From Tilletiaria anomala UBC 951 (taxonomy: Eukaryota), in the NCBI RefSeq assembly GCF_000711695.1, contig NW_013547019.1, positions 62,001 to 126,000 on the forward strand: DNA of 64,000 nt, in the 5' to 3' direction. The translations under genes and the position numbers were made by a program. The number at the start of each line of letters is the position of its first letter. Position 1 is the first letter of the stretch. This document shows positions 18,155 to 31,056 of this stretch, piece after piece. The notes under the pieces were generated by a model. That model was not told the DNA's origin. It made no database searches and saw nothing but the letters and a program-made list of their open reading frames with translations.

Positions 18155-19691
18155 ATGGGTCGCAACGGTGGGCTTTTTGGGCGCCTGCGGGGGATCGATG
18201 CGTTCGGCAAGGTGAGAGCCCGGACAGAGCCATCGTGCGCGCCGAGTGCACGCTTTGCGCGTGCTCACATCTGTTCTTGGTGCGAACCTCCATGATTTTG
18301 CATTCAGACCATGGACGATGTGCGCATCCGCACTAATGTTGGCGCCATCATCACGCTCGTCTCTGCCTTCCTCATTGTCTTCTTGACGATTGGTGAATTC
18401 ATGGATTACCGGCGGGTGCACACGAAGAACAGCCTGGTCGTCGATGTCAGTCGCGGGGAGAAGCTCACGGTGCATTTGGACATCACTTTCCCACGTGTAC
18501 CGTGTTACCTCCTCTCCCTGGACATCATGGACATCTCCGGCGAGCACCAGAACGATATCCAGCACGACATCATCCGCACGCGCCTAAGCCACTCTGGCCT
18601 GCCGGTCGAGGAGGGAAAAAGGGGCCTGCGGGGAGAGGCGAACGACATAGCAGCGGTCAAGGGGAAGGTAGGCTATTGCGGAGAATGCTATGGTGGGCAA
18701 CCGCCCGAGAGCGGGTGCTGCAACACGTGCGATGAGGTACGCGAGTCGTATGTTCGCCGCGGATGGAGCTTCAGCAAGCCGGATGGGATCGAACAGTGCG
18801 TTGCAGAGCATTGGAGCGAGAAGATCAAGGAGCAAAACAAGGAGGGCTGCAACGTTGCCGGCTTGGTCCACGTCAACAAGGTCGTCGGCAACTTCCACCT
18901 TTCGCCCGGCCGCGCGTTCCAGGCGAACAGCGTGCACATTCACGACCTCGTCCCATACCTCGCCGGCACCGGTGCAGAGCACCACGACTTTGGGCACATC
19001 ATCAACAAGTTCGGCTTTGGCAGCGAAGAGGAGTTCCACATGAGCAAGGATAAGCAACGGCCCGAGGACAATGGAATCAAGAAGAAGCTCGGAGTCGTAG
19101 ATCCGCTCAACGGCGTGCACGCCCACACGGAGAAGTCGCAATTCATGTTCCAGGTAAGCGCAGACCTGGCGGTACATCCTTCAGGAGGCTCGGCGACGCT
19201 TGAAATTTGACTCATCCATCCCACATACCCTTGACCATCATTTGCAGTACTTTGTCAAAGTCGTCGGAACAGAATATCAAAAACTGGACGGGCAGATGCT
19301 TAAGACGCACCAGTATAGCGTAACGCAGTACGAGCGCGACCTCGACCCTGGTGCGAATGCTAACGCCGCCGCCGAGCAAGGCCGCAAGATGGGTAGTGGG
19401 CACCAAAAAGCGCCAGAGCCGCACCAAACGCAGCATGGCTTCGTGGGTGTTCCCGGCGTGTTTTTCAACTACGAGATCAGCGCGCTTAAGACGGTGCACA
19501 CCGAGAGCCGGCAGACTCTGGCGCACTTCCTGACCAACACTTGCGCCATCGTCGGCGGCATCCTCACTGTCGCCGGCCTGCTCGACGGCATTATCTACAA
19601 CGGCCGCATGCACCTCGGCGGCGGCAAAACGGACTACGCGGGCGCGTCGGACGGGCTCGGGTACGCCAGTGCGAACGGAAAGTTCATGTGA
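18155..19691 (+). CDS. ERV46: ER-derived vesicle protein Erv46 (ERGIC3)
   Basis: MGRNGGLFGRLRGIDAFGK|TMDDVRIRT, YCGECYGG..CCNTCDEVR, VNKVVGNFHLSPG, PGVFFNYEIS, CAIVGGILTVAG. Two introns. Confidence 0.95.
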
Positions 19692-20826
19692 AGTGGGGGC
19701 GGCTGTTGTGGTGGTGATACACCTGGGATGATTGGCATTGCTGTATGATACGTTCGGTTGGGATTCGTCGCAGAAGAAATACATAATTGCACGTGCTATA
19801 TTCGGCAGCTAGCCTCGGGCCTGCTTCAAGGAGGGAACAGACTAAGATTGAATCCGATGCCGAAACTCGAGAGTGGAGTGCCTCGGATCCGAACTCCAAG
19901 CGCATTCAGCCTGCAGCAGCTGCAAATTGCTACACCGCGGTCCGCGAGGGGTCGGAATTCGAACCTCAGTCACGTGGCAAATTCGTCCCATCCTTGCCGT
20001 ACAGATACCAGAGGACACGCTCGTGCGCCAGTTAGATGCCTCTGTCCCGTTCTACCAGGCTCTACCTGCCATCCCCATTTGCAAAGTAGTCCATCCCAGC
20101 CTGGCGCTGTGCACTCAGTGATCGCTGACGGCCGTTGCAGATCACTGGCCACCTGTGTCGCTCGATCACCCTCACCCTTCGGAGTGCGCACGTCGCACCT
20201 TGAACAATGCAATTTCCGTGAAAGTGTCAAAGGTATTGCCAGGTCACAAGTGTCGCCTCGCCAATTAGCTGGATCGACATTGATCAAAATATCGCCAGAG
20301 CAAAAGAAGCGCGCGTATACGGTTACGCCTGCTGGGACACAAGTGACGAGAGTATGTTGCTAGTTATATAGGGAAAACAAGGCACACAACGCACATTGGA
20401 GAGACATGGCAACCTGCGGCGACCAAACCCTCACTCCCGAGCCTGCAGCTGGTCCTGGCCGCTGGTCCGCTGGCTGGAATCTGCGAAAGGTGAACCAAGG
20501 GTATGCGACGGCTTGACCCATCGAAGTCGGCAGAAGCATGGAAAATCAGATAGACAAGCCACACGCGTTGACGAGCCTGTGACACTTTCCACCTCGAGCT
20601 GAGGCGGCCGCTTCGGCTCCTCAACAAGCGCTTTGGCCCCTTCTTTCATTTCAAAAGCGAGACAAGATAGCTGGCGTTTTTGATAAGCCGGCGACAGCGG
20701 CCTGCATGCTCGGTGTCCTGTCAGTGGATCCTGTCGCTGCAAACTGTGGCAGTGTCCAATGCAGGGGTCGAAGCTCGGTGAAACTGCGTCGACGAGGCAG
20801 GCGTTGAAGCAGACAGAAGAAGCTAG

Positions 20827-20850
20827 GCAGGACAGGACAGGACAGGACAG
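20827..20850 (+). repeat. (GACAG)4 pentanucleotide microsatellite
   Basis: gcag gacag gacag gacag gacag read directly. Confidence 0.8.
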
Positions 20851-22854
20851 GGCTTAATTTAAGGCTTCCTGCCAGTCACCTGCCTGAGTAGGGAAGACGA
20901 CACGCTTGATTTTGCAGTACTCGGCCAAGGACAGCGTACAGGTCAACGAAAAGAGGCGTTGAACCAACGCAGGACGCTATCGCCTCTTGACATCATCTTG
21001 GCATCATGATTCAGCCAGTTTAGCGAGCCGGAGCGGTTCCACGCCGCCTTCTTTTCGGACGATTTAAAGTGCTGGGATCAGGACAGCTTGCGGCTGTCAG
21101 TATGTCCATTGTCAAAAGAAATTGCGGCTAGGAGCGACAGCCACAGGACTTCATTTTCCTCCTTGGAGGTCCAAGCTTGTCGTCACTCACTGTAGCCGTC
21201 TTTCTCTTTCCCTGGCGCTGGTTATCACTTGCTGTTGGGAACCTCGCCTACCTTCCCTCTGACCTTTACGGCATGTTGTGGCTGGGAGCACACTGCAACT
21301 CACACCTTGTTCTGCTCTCAACCTCCTGAACCACAAAAGTCTGCGGAGGCCAGGACATAGTGGGGCTGGTGGCGTTGATACCAGGGCGTTCATCTTTGCT
21401 TCTCCCTCAGCGGCTGGCCATCAAGGGGCCAATCTTACCGGCACACGTAGTGCAAGCGCACGCGACGCCTATAGGAGGCGCTCTCTGAAGTGCATTACTC
21501 GCACCTTGCGATCGTCGCAGGTGTGCTCTTCCAAGCTTAACATGCAGCTTGTAGTACGATATGTACGACCTCAACGTCAATCCATCCGAATCTGAGAAAC
21601 GGAAACCATTGCTTTCAACCAACGCGACTTTGTGAATGCACCTGGTATGCAACGCCCAGTCCACGCTCAATCAAAGGATTCTATGTGGCTTTACGACTTA
21701 TTTCGGCAACTATTGGCGCACAAGTTATATGTACTAAGACTCAGAGCCGGGCTAATTCTGGTGAGTGTGGACCTTGGAAATATGTGCCGTGGCGCGGAGG
21801 TAAAGAGCAGATTACGTTGTTGGGAGTATCTTCACTGCTAATGGCCGACACGGCTGCGGGAGTATGACAAAGGATGAAATGCGGCAGGTGGTGGCAGTTG
21901 CCGTCAAACGAAGGGAACGCAAATGAAGTCGGGATCCGACAGCAGCTCATTTGTCTCCACCTGCTTGATGATGAGCAAGCGCATGCGGGCCGGCGACGAT
22001 ACAAGCGGGCCAGCGTACCGAGCTATCATCTGCCGGGCCCCCGTTCTTGCTGCGTGACGTGAAAGAAAGCAGAGGAAAGGGTCATTTGCATGCTGGAGAC
22101 GGCTGAGCAGCATAATGAGGAAGGAATGATTCACGAACAGCGGAAAGCGTGAGCTGGCATTTGGCATGGATGTGGCTGTTGCGTTGAAGACCCTGGGTTT
22201 TCATATACACATGCGGCTCACTCACCTTTTTATCATCGCTTCATTTCACTTTCCTACCTTCATGGCGTCGTCTTCATCATCATCATCCTCATCCTTGTCA
22301 TCCCTTTCAGCGGCAAAAGCAAAAGAGACCAATCGATCCGCCAAGATCAAACAAAGCTCATCAACAGCAGCTGCTGTCAGTCATATGTGGGTAGTGAGTC
22401 GTAAGTACAAGTGCTCTGCAACCACAAACACATGGTCGAGAGACATTTAACACGAGCCGGCAGGTAACGAGATGCGGGCTGCACAGTTGGTTAAATGAGA
22501 TTCATTTGCTTTGCAAGCATCCGTCCACTGTTCAAAAAGCGCTGGCGAGGCATGGAAGCTGCTTTCTGGATGGCGGTCGTGGTCGCCGAAGGCGGACAGA
22601 TGCACAATGCAATGGCGTATATGCTCTCTTCGTCCGCTTTTGCATCGTCAGAGTCAACCGTCAAGGCCGCATCCATCAAGAGTGCGATCTGTGATAGTTA
22701 TTGGCATTGCATTCTGTCTCATGACCATCATCGCACTATGGCGATGGTGCATCTTTTGACGGTATGAGCTGGTGACTGTGCTATGGCCAAGTTTAATTCC
22801 ACTTCGGTCTCTCCTTCTGTCATTGGAGCCTGGTATTTGGGTCTGAAAGGCTGA

Positions 22855-25800
22855 ATGGTAGCTGACTTTATCATGCCATCCATTATTGTAGAATCGCAGG
22901 CGATCGGCTCCTGGGAGTCCAGCCTTGCACGGCCGCACGCCACAAATAGAGCTTCTTCCGAAACTGGCTCCCGTGCTCTTTTTCTGCTCGCATCGCTTGC
23001 TACAACCCGAAGCCAAGAAAGACTGTGCGCTGTCCCCAGCACAGCCGACAGGAAAAAGATCGGTGAGCAAAATCGCCGCCGCACTGCTGGCATCGCTTGT
23101 CAAATCGCACTGTCAAGCGAAACAAGCTCACACAAGTCCATCGTGCGACAAACCAGCAATGTTGAACATGTCTGGCGCTACAGAATCAAGACCTCCGTCT
23201 TCCATGGTGAGCTCTCCTCGATCCTGACTGTGCACTCCAGTCAAGAATATGGAATATTGACTGTGGCACGACGTCCTACAAAGGCTTCGGCGATTTCTCC
23301 ATCGGCTGAAGCTGAAGCAAGCTTTGGACGCGCACTCCACGAGAAGGCCGAAAGCAAAGATGCCGAGGATCATGGAACCATACTTCAACATGACACACCA
23401 AGCGCAGCCGAAATGCCCTCTTCCGGCTTTGCTTTCGGGTCATTGGTCTTGCCGGAGTGGCCTCAGTCCAATGCAGGCCGTACTGTGCCTGTTGACGACA
23501 AATTAAGGGGTAACGAGCGCGCTCAACCCCTGCCCGCAGACGATCTGCATACTCAAGAGCCAGAGCAGACTTCGCACCATCCTATGACCACTGGGGACGA
23601 CAGTAGCCCATCTGCCACATTGCCACAGACCACATCGCTCAAGAAAACCGATTTGCCAGATGTGTTAGCCCGAGCCTCCACTTCTGAGCAACATGCGACC
23701 TTCTCTCAACAAGAGAATAAGTATGCAACCCTTTCGCCTCGGGGCACTACAGCTTCTGCTTCTGGGATACACTGTTGTCCCGGCCCATACGCGTGTGTGG
23801 AGCGCGATCGCAAGTCCACTAAGCTTTGGCAAGGAGCACGTATTTTGCCAGAAGAAAGGGGTTTCAGATCTGGAGCCGCATCGAGCCTAGCTACACAAGA
23901 ATTTGTGGCGTTGGGACAACCTGTTCCCATCTCTGCACGAAGCGCAACCCGCGGGCTTGACGCACCAGCCTCTCCACTACTTTCTTCTCCTGAATCATTC
24001 AGCCCGACGGCAACACCAAGCCTATCAGACATGGGGGACAAGCAAAAGGCCGACGGATCGGGCGTAGTCAATCGGCCTGACAGAATCGTACAACGGAGGG
24101 CATCCGCGTCTTTGGCTACGTCTTTAAAGCGCAAGGTTACCGATTGCACGGAAGCTGATTGCTCCTCTGCCAACGACGAAGATTCGGACGAAGCGCCAGT
24201 GCCGCTGATCGGAAATGCTTTCAAGGCAATGCACCGTAAGAAACGACACAAATGCAGTCCGGAGCAAATCGCCAAGCTGGAATATTTTTTTGCTAGCAAT
24301 CGGAACCCGACTGGCCAAGTGCGTGCTCAACTTGCAAGGGACTTGCTTATGCCAGAAAGAGTGAGTTGCTTGTCACTGTAGCAATGCTTCTGTGACTTTC
24401 ACCATTCAACAAATTTCGAACGTTTTCCGTTTTCCAGTCAATTCAAATATGGATGCAAAATCGCCGCGCCAAGCTCAAGCGCAAAGGAGAGGTCGTAGGG
24501 AGCCAGACCGCTCTGCAAGCATCATCTGCTTCGACCGTACATGTGCCTCTGCCATTACAAGCAGGAGCGAGCGAGTCATCCCGCAGACGAAAGACAACGT
24601 CCACAACCAACGCCACTACCGCAGAGTGTAAGTAAATACCTGCAGACTGGAAATGCTGCGCAACGGCGAGTTGTTGACTCGCTCGATTTCTTGCAGCCGT
24701 TACCGTCATCCCGGCGTACTCGCTCTGCATTGGCACGTGGCGACGCGTCGGTCTTCTCATCTGCTTCTTCTCGCGGCGTCTGCAGAATCTCACTTGGTAT
24801 CTGCAGTCTGAATCTGTTGGCTACAAGCTCGAGACACCATGGTCCATCGTTCAGAAGATCACGTTCGACGGTCCCTTTGCCCCCACTGTGCCCGAGCAAG
24901 CGGAAGGGGTTGAAGGATGGATAGGTCACGTGTCCATCAAGATCGAACACTCGCCGACCTTCTTCATGGAAGTCTTTCGCTCCGACCCTAGCTGTTTTTG
25001 GTCCTCCGATGCAGAGTTTAAGCGCACGGCTGCGCGGCGGCAATGTGCAGATTTTACTGAGGGACAACAGGCAACATCCGTCATGACACACGTGATCGTT
25101 GGCCCTTATCAGGAATTGAGAGAGGCCATCGAACAGCTCAACCACGTGAATGCCCCGTTTCAAGGCTCGATCGAATTTCAAGATTTGGCCGTACAAGCCC
25201 AGCTACAGGCAATTTCACAAACGGCCCGCACAACAGGGCAGCAATCATCCCTGTCTGCGAACCCTTCCGCTGCTCTTTCTGATTTCCAGAAGTACAAGTC
25301 GCCAGACTGGTCGTGCGGCTATTCGCAGGCGCAGCAGCAGCTGCAGATATTGCAGCCACCGTCTTATGCAGCAGGAACAGCAGCGCCGTCGTCGGTCTCG
25401 CAACGAGGAGTGTCTTGGGAACCCTTACAGACGCAGCGAAGCTTGGGAGCGCTCACTTCAAGCCCAACTCCGCATAGCGATTTCGGACACGCGCATGACA
25501 TGGCCCGCTCATACAGCGGTGCTCCAGAGCCACGAGGAATTGCAAACCACCATCTTCCGCTTCTCTGTACTACGGGGCCATCATCCGCGGCAGGGACAAA
25601 TGCATTACGGTCAACGCCTGGTAATCCTACCGTGACCTCGCTCTCGCTGTGGAATCACAACAGCCCAAATGCCTCGTACATGGAGCACATGCGCCAAGCT
25701 TCTGGCAGTAGTAGCGCGGCTAGCTTAGGGAGCACGCAGCCTGCGCTGACTTCATCCGACAGCAGCATATTTTCTCACAGCCGCATACTATCCTGGTGGG

Positions 25801-25985
25801 AGCACCAAGATGGTCACACCGCCACACCCCAGCAATCCAGCTATGCGCAGGCCGCTACCACCATGGCGGCGTTTACTTCCATCGCCACGCTCGCGCACTG
25901 TCAGTTTACGCAAGGCGAAGACCCGCCTTTGCAGCATCATCAATATGACAGCCACGAAAGTAGCTCTGATCTGACGCAGCGCTAA
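22855..25985 (+). CDS. Homeodomain transcription factor with a downstream Pho2/Phx1/HOY1-type PH-like domain
   Basis: KKRHKCSPEQIAKLEYFFASNRNPTGQVRAQLARDLLMPER|SIQIWMQNRRAKLKRK (intron 24361-24437). After intron 24628-24696: VIPAYSLCIGTWRR..LTWYLQSESVGYKLETPW..PTFFME..CADFTEGQQAT. Start ATG uncertain. Confidence 0.85.
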
Positions 25986-26432
25986 GCCTAGCCTTGCCTT
26001 ATCACGAGTCTACCGCCACATTGCGGCACACGACTCCGATTTCAGTTGTTTTATCGCTTCCCGATGCTGTTACCTATCACACACGCTTTGCACTCCGCAT
26101 TTTCTCTCTCGATTTAAGCTCATGCAGCTTTATTTTTGGTTCGCCTGCTCTTAAGTTGCTCCAATGCACCAGGTATTCCGCTCAGCAGACGCCACTTGCG
26201 TGCGGCTGTCACTGAAACTGTAATAATTAGGCGCCAAGTCTAGCTACTTGAAGCATGTTTGGTTTGCCTCAAAATCGGACTTTTCGTATATCTCGCTCGC
26301 CAGAAGCGTAACAATCAGAGGGATCAGGGAATGCTCCACACTATGATCAGGAAAAATGCGGCAATACACGTTTGATCGAATGCTGTATGTATCGAGAATG
26401 GGACAATGCTAAGTTTCTTGGGCCAGAGCGGC

Positions 26433-29058
26433 TCATGAATATTCGTTGTACACAAGCTTCCGTCCGACGTTGAACGCGCGACTTCCGGTGGAGCGCTTCC
26501 GCCTGTGCTTCTGCACCTCTGCAGCGGAGCCAGCGTCGAAGAACGAGTAGCCGCTGACTCCGCCACCCTGCTTTTCCCACACGTCCCAGTCATCCGGGTA
26601 TCCGTTCGCTGTAGCGCCAGCGCAAGCACTGGCGCCGGCAGTGGATGGGCGCTTGGAGCCTATGGGCAGGCCGGTGCGCACATCGCACTCGACGCCAAAG
26701 TGGTCGATGTACGTCTCGACGGCGCGTGTGTTGGCGGCCTTGTAGACACTGATGATCATGCGCTGGATCTCGAGGAAGTACTCACGCAGCGTGTCGAGGA
26801 AGCGCTTCGTCTGCAGATGCTTCGACGACGCACAGATGCTGATCGCGTCGTCCTTGATGATGTACCCCAGCCCGAAGCCGTCCGGTGCGACAGGCCCAAA
26901 GCCGAACAGCCGCAGCGCCGGGTTGCCGCAGTTGGATGTGGAGAGGACAGTGTGGTTGAGGGTGGTGTAGCCTGCGTCTTCAAAGATCGCCGGTGTGGAC
27001 TCGCCGCTTCCATTCGCGGTGCAGCAGCTGCTACTCCTGCTGTTGCCATTGCCGCTCTTACTGTCCTTTTCCATCTGCTGCTGCTTCTTGAAGAGTGCGA
27101 GCATGGCATACAGGTGTCGATCGTGGCCTTGTCCGCTGGCACAAGCCTTCGAAAGCTTAGCATGTGCGTCGCACGCCTTGCGCAGCGCGTTGATCTTCTC
27201 CTGGACCTCGGCTTTGTCGCTGACGAACGCCTTGCAAAAGTCGACGCTCACAGGCTGCACCGTGCGTATGGCCTCGGTGCGCCCGTGCAGGAACGCCTTG
27301 GTCATCGCTGGCTCGTACGTCGTCTCGAAGCGACCGTAGAGCGTGTAGTACGCCGCCTGGAAGGCCATCTGGACGAACGCGTCCGGCGAGAATTTGTGCC
27401 GCGTTATGAAGTTCTTGCCGTACCGATCAAACTCAAGCACCTGGCACTCGTTCTGGCAGATCAAGTCACTCAGGCGAGACTCGGCAAAGCGGATCGCCGC
27501 TTTGATCGGCGGCGTCAGGTTCCACTCGAGCTTCTTCGGTTCGGTGTCGTACTCCTCTTCATACTCCTCTTCATCCTCCTCCTCTGGAATAGACTTGGCC
27601 TTGCTTCCAATGCCCCTGGCATATGGCGACGTCTTGGCCTGAAACAGCGACTTAGTCGCTGAGTTGATCGACTTGGCAAAGCGCATGATCAGCTCTGTGT
27701 ATATGTCTGCTACGAAGCGCAGCACCGTGTGTCCATCGACGCCAGTGTGCTCAAAGTTGATACCCGCAGCGCCGTTGGCGCACACAATGATCTGCAGCTT
27801 GTCGTACCACCGGTTCGTGCATGTGCCGACCTGGACGCGATTGCTGAGCTGGTACGTCCCGCAGAGCATGTTGTTGCACAGCTCGGCGCTCGACGAGGGC
27901 TCCGAGTCGTCCATGCAAACAACGAAAAGCGCGGTGTCCAGGACCTGCAGGCACTTGCTGTTGTGCTGGTCCGAGTGCAGTGTGTTGCGATGCGCGGACC
28001 ACACGCGCCGGTTTTCGGTCGACAGCACGCCGAGCGACGCAGCGGCGACCTCATGACTGTCGACATTGTCTGCGTCATTGCAGATTGCTTGCAGGTTTGC
28101 GAACAGCGCACGCTCCGACAGCAGCGGGCGATGCTTGGCATCGAGCGTATCGAACCAATACATCTGCCCACGGCGGAAGACGACAATGTGACGCGACTCA
28201 ACGGCCGACACCATGCGACATCCTTGCGCGGTCGGGATCCTTGCCGTGCCAAAGAGACGGGTGTATTGGTACATATCAAGAGGCGTGCCGCGGACCCTGT
28301 CTGGCTCCAGCACGCCGTTTCGCATGTCATGGATGAATGCGAGGGAGGCGAGGATCAAATTGGTGGTACGCATCAGCTGGTTTCCGCGTGAAGGCGTCGG
28401 GTCGTCTCTGAAATGTAGGGAGAGATGTTGAACCTTTTTCAGCTTGAGATATCTGCAGTTGGGCGAGGGCATACGCACTCAAGTATGAAGAAAGGATTGA
28501 GGTTGAGCACGACAGATTCGGAGGCTTGAAGATAGCTCTCGTCCCAGAACTCGGAGATGTAGCTCGTCCGCGAGGCTGCATACTCTTCCAGGTTCTTGTG
28601 CAACCTTGGCCCTTCATTCTTGAGAAATTCTTCAACGACTTTTTTGGTCTGTTCATGGTCGTCGGGCTCCTGTTTCGGCATGCGTCAGAGGTATGGCAAG
28701 GAAATCAAGCGGTGCTCTGCGTGGGAAATTCTCCGACGCTCACCTGCAGTGGCTGCAGAGAGTGCAGGTATCTCCGGCACGTGTCCTCTAGCTTCGGGAT
28801 GGGCAGCTTGGGCAGTTTGTCCTGCGCTGCGAACGTCTTTCCTGTCTCCTTGCCAGAAGTGCCCTTATTGTTGCAGACTATGGCCTGCGCATGGTACATG
28901 ATCGCCTCTCCGACGCCCTGGTTGGGGTTCTCGGTGTTTGCGCTGCCATTGGCGGGCTGCGCGGTGGTGCCAGCCGGGGTGATGGCCTTGGTGTTGTTGC
29001 CGTGGGTGGAGTCCGCCCCATGTGCCTGTACTTGCGTTGCGGTCACTTCAGGTACCAT
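26433..29058 (-). CDS. YAT1: Carnitine O-acetyltransferase (Yat1/FacC type, no PTS1)
   Basis: TFAAQDKLPKLPIPKLEDTCRRYL, NRWYDKLQIIV, catalytic FEHTGVDGH, SPDAFVQMAFQ, TYEPAMTKAFLHGRTE, LSTSNCG. Two introns. Confidence 0.92.
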
Positions 29059-29869
29059 CTTTGTGCGTGTTGGGGGAAGGGTGTGCTATGGGTGGTTGAC
29101 ACTAGTGGTGGGTGTGTGGGCAGGCAAGCAGGCAAGCGAGCAAGGTATTGAATCTAGCAGCGTCGCGGCGCTAGCCTGAGGTGGTACAAAGCGCGCCCGC
29201 GGGCAGGATCGTATAGGGTTTGACGAGAAGCAGCACAGCAGATGCGACAAAGACAAAGACGGTGGTGCTTTTATAATGTTCCCCTAGCTGTAGCTGGTCT
29301 CAAGATGAGTGAACGACGAGCTCTCTGTGTGTGTAGCGCGCGGTATGGATGCGATGATGGTGCTTGCGGGGATATGCTGCATTTCGCTGGCGGACGCGGG
29401 CAACATTTCACTTGACATGGCTTTTGGCTGTGGCCCGTAAAGCCGCCTCCCAACCACAGCCCGCACTCACCAAGTGCCCACTGTCCCACCCCCGCAGGCA
29501 CACTAACACTCACGATCGATCGCATCCACCCTCCTCCGCGACTTCCATCACCCTGCGGGCCGTATTAACCCTAAAAGAAGGCTTGCGCTGAAGGGTGGCC
29601 GAGTTCCGAGTTCCGACACCTTTAACGCCTGACGCAGCGATGAGCCTTCCCAAGTAAGGCTGAGTGTTGGCACAGCCAAAAAGATTCATACAGCATACAT
29701 GGTGCCGGCTAGAACCTTTGCACATACTCCACATTCGTGGACCTGCTCTATCCATTGTACCAGTGTGTATCAACTCTGATCGTCTCTCATCTTGTACACC
29801 CCGCCGTAGGTGGCGCTGTAGCCAGCCAGCCAGCCCTTCCCAGCTGTGGCAGATCGACTTTGAGGCAAC

Positions 29870-30994
29870 ATGTCTGAATTGATGCAGCAGACTGTGGTCA
29901 AATTGACCGATGCGGTCGGCTTCACGCACGGCTATGCCGCATCCATACACGACCGGCTGCCCCATGCTCTCCGTCCGCTCTTCCTCAACCCGCTCAACCT
30001 TAGCCTCCTCGCACTGCTCCTCTATCTCCTCCTTCCACTCCTGAAACCTTCCTTCCTGTTCGAGCCAACAACGTCGGCACACTTCCTCAAGGAGTACCCG
30101 ACAATGGCGCAAGCCAAGCTGCACGGGCTTCCCGGTACAGGAACGACACAGGCCACCAAACGGAGATGGAGAAATTACCTGCGCAGGCTCAAGAACGCAG
30201 CAGCTGGCTCTGCCGCGAATGGGTCGTTACCTGCTGCGACGAGCGACGAGCTGGCACTGGAAGCCACGCGGCGCCGGGCGGGTCTGACATCGCGCTTGTC
30301 TGCCGCGTCTGCCGGAAGCGCATACAGCTTCCTGCCAAGCTACCACCCGCCCAGTATCAAGTGGACCGTGTACACCCCGCGCACGCTGGCCCTTCACGAC
30401 GGCTCCGGCATCGCACTCAGCGACCGCGACGTGCACGCAACGTATGACGAGCGCCGCGATGGCGCGAATGCAAAGGCCGCCGCGGAGCGCAGGCTGGCCG
30501 AGCAGCGCAGAGTCAAGGGCGACATTGCCTTTGGCGCGGCGGGTGCAGCAGGGCAGTCACATGAGCAGAGTCGCGGGTCCAACGATGTAGAGGAAGAGGA
30601 AGAAGACATCGGAGGGTACGCATTTGCCGAAGACGACCGCGGCAAGGATAAGAACAGCGAGCACACATCCTCCTCGGCCAACGACCCGAGTACGCGCATC
30701 CTCCTCGCCATCGGTCGCGAGGTATACGATGTTACAGCAGGCAAGAACTTCTACGGCCCAGGCGGACCATATGCCATCTTCGCCGGCCGAGACGCGTCGA
30801 TCGGCATGGCCAAGCAGAGCTTCGAGCCGGACATGCTCACGCCGCTCGACCAGCCGATCGCCAGCCTGGATGGCCTCAGTAATATGGAGCGCACCAACAT
30901 GGTCGAGTGGATGAACCACTTCAAAGGAAAGTATGGCATCGTCGGCCGGCTGGTCAACGAAGGGGAGGAAGACCACCAGGAGGCGCAGAGCTAG
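29870..30994 (+). CDS. DAP1: Membrane-associated progesterone receptor family / cytochrome b5-like heme-binding protein (Dap1/PGRMC1-like)
   Basis: N-terminal TM; YTPRTLALHDG...RILLAIGREVYDVTAGKNFYGPGGPYAIFAGRDAS...WMNHFKGKYGIVGRL. Intronless ORF. Confidence 0.88.
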   Translation: MSELMQQTVVKLTDAVGFTHGYAASIHDRLPHALRPLFLNPLNLSLLALLLYLLLPLLKPSFLFEPTTSAHFLKEYPTMAQAKLHGLPGTGTTQATKRRWRNYLRRLKNAAAGSAANGSLPAATSDELALEATRRRAGLTSRLSAASAGSAYSFLPSYHPPSIKWTVYTPRTLALHDGSGIALSDRDVHATYDERRDGANAKAAAERRLAEQRRVKGDIAFGAAGAAGQSHEQSRGSNDVEEEEEDIGGYAFAEDDRGKDKNSEHTSSSANDPSTRILLAIGREVYDVTAGKNFYGPGGPYAIFAGRDASIGMAKQSFEPDMLTPLDQPIASLDGLSNMERTNMVEWMNHFKGKYGIVGRLVNEGEEDHQEAQS

Positions 30995-31056
30995 CGAATC
31001 AATGTATTCCACTAGTCCTTGGTGCATACATACACTTCTTGCAGGAATATTCTTTC

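Noticed and set aside
19945..19975. B-box-like GGTTCGAATTC on the minus strand
   Set aside because: No T-stem, acceptor stem or A box could be folded, so it is not a tRNA.
22160..22800. Possible pseudogene or TE remnant (DDKDEDDDDEDD and short ORFs)
   Set aside because: No recognisable domain or terminal repeats; low complexity explains it.
29060..29870. Telomerase RNA locus suggested by TAACCCTAA
   Set aside because: Short divergent promoter with no identifiable pseudoknot or CR4/5; a 9-mer alone is insufficient.
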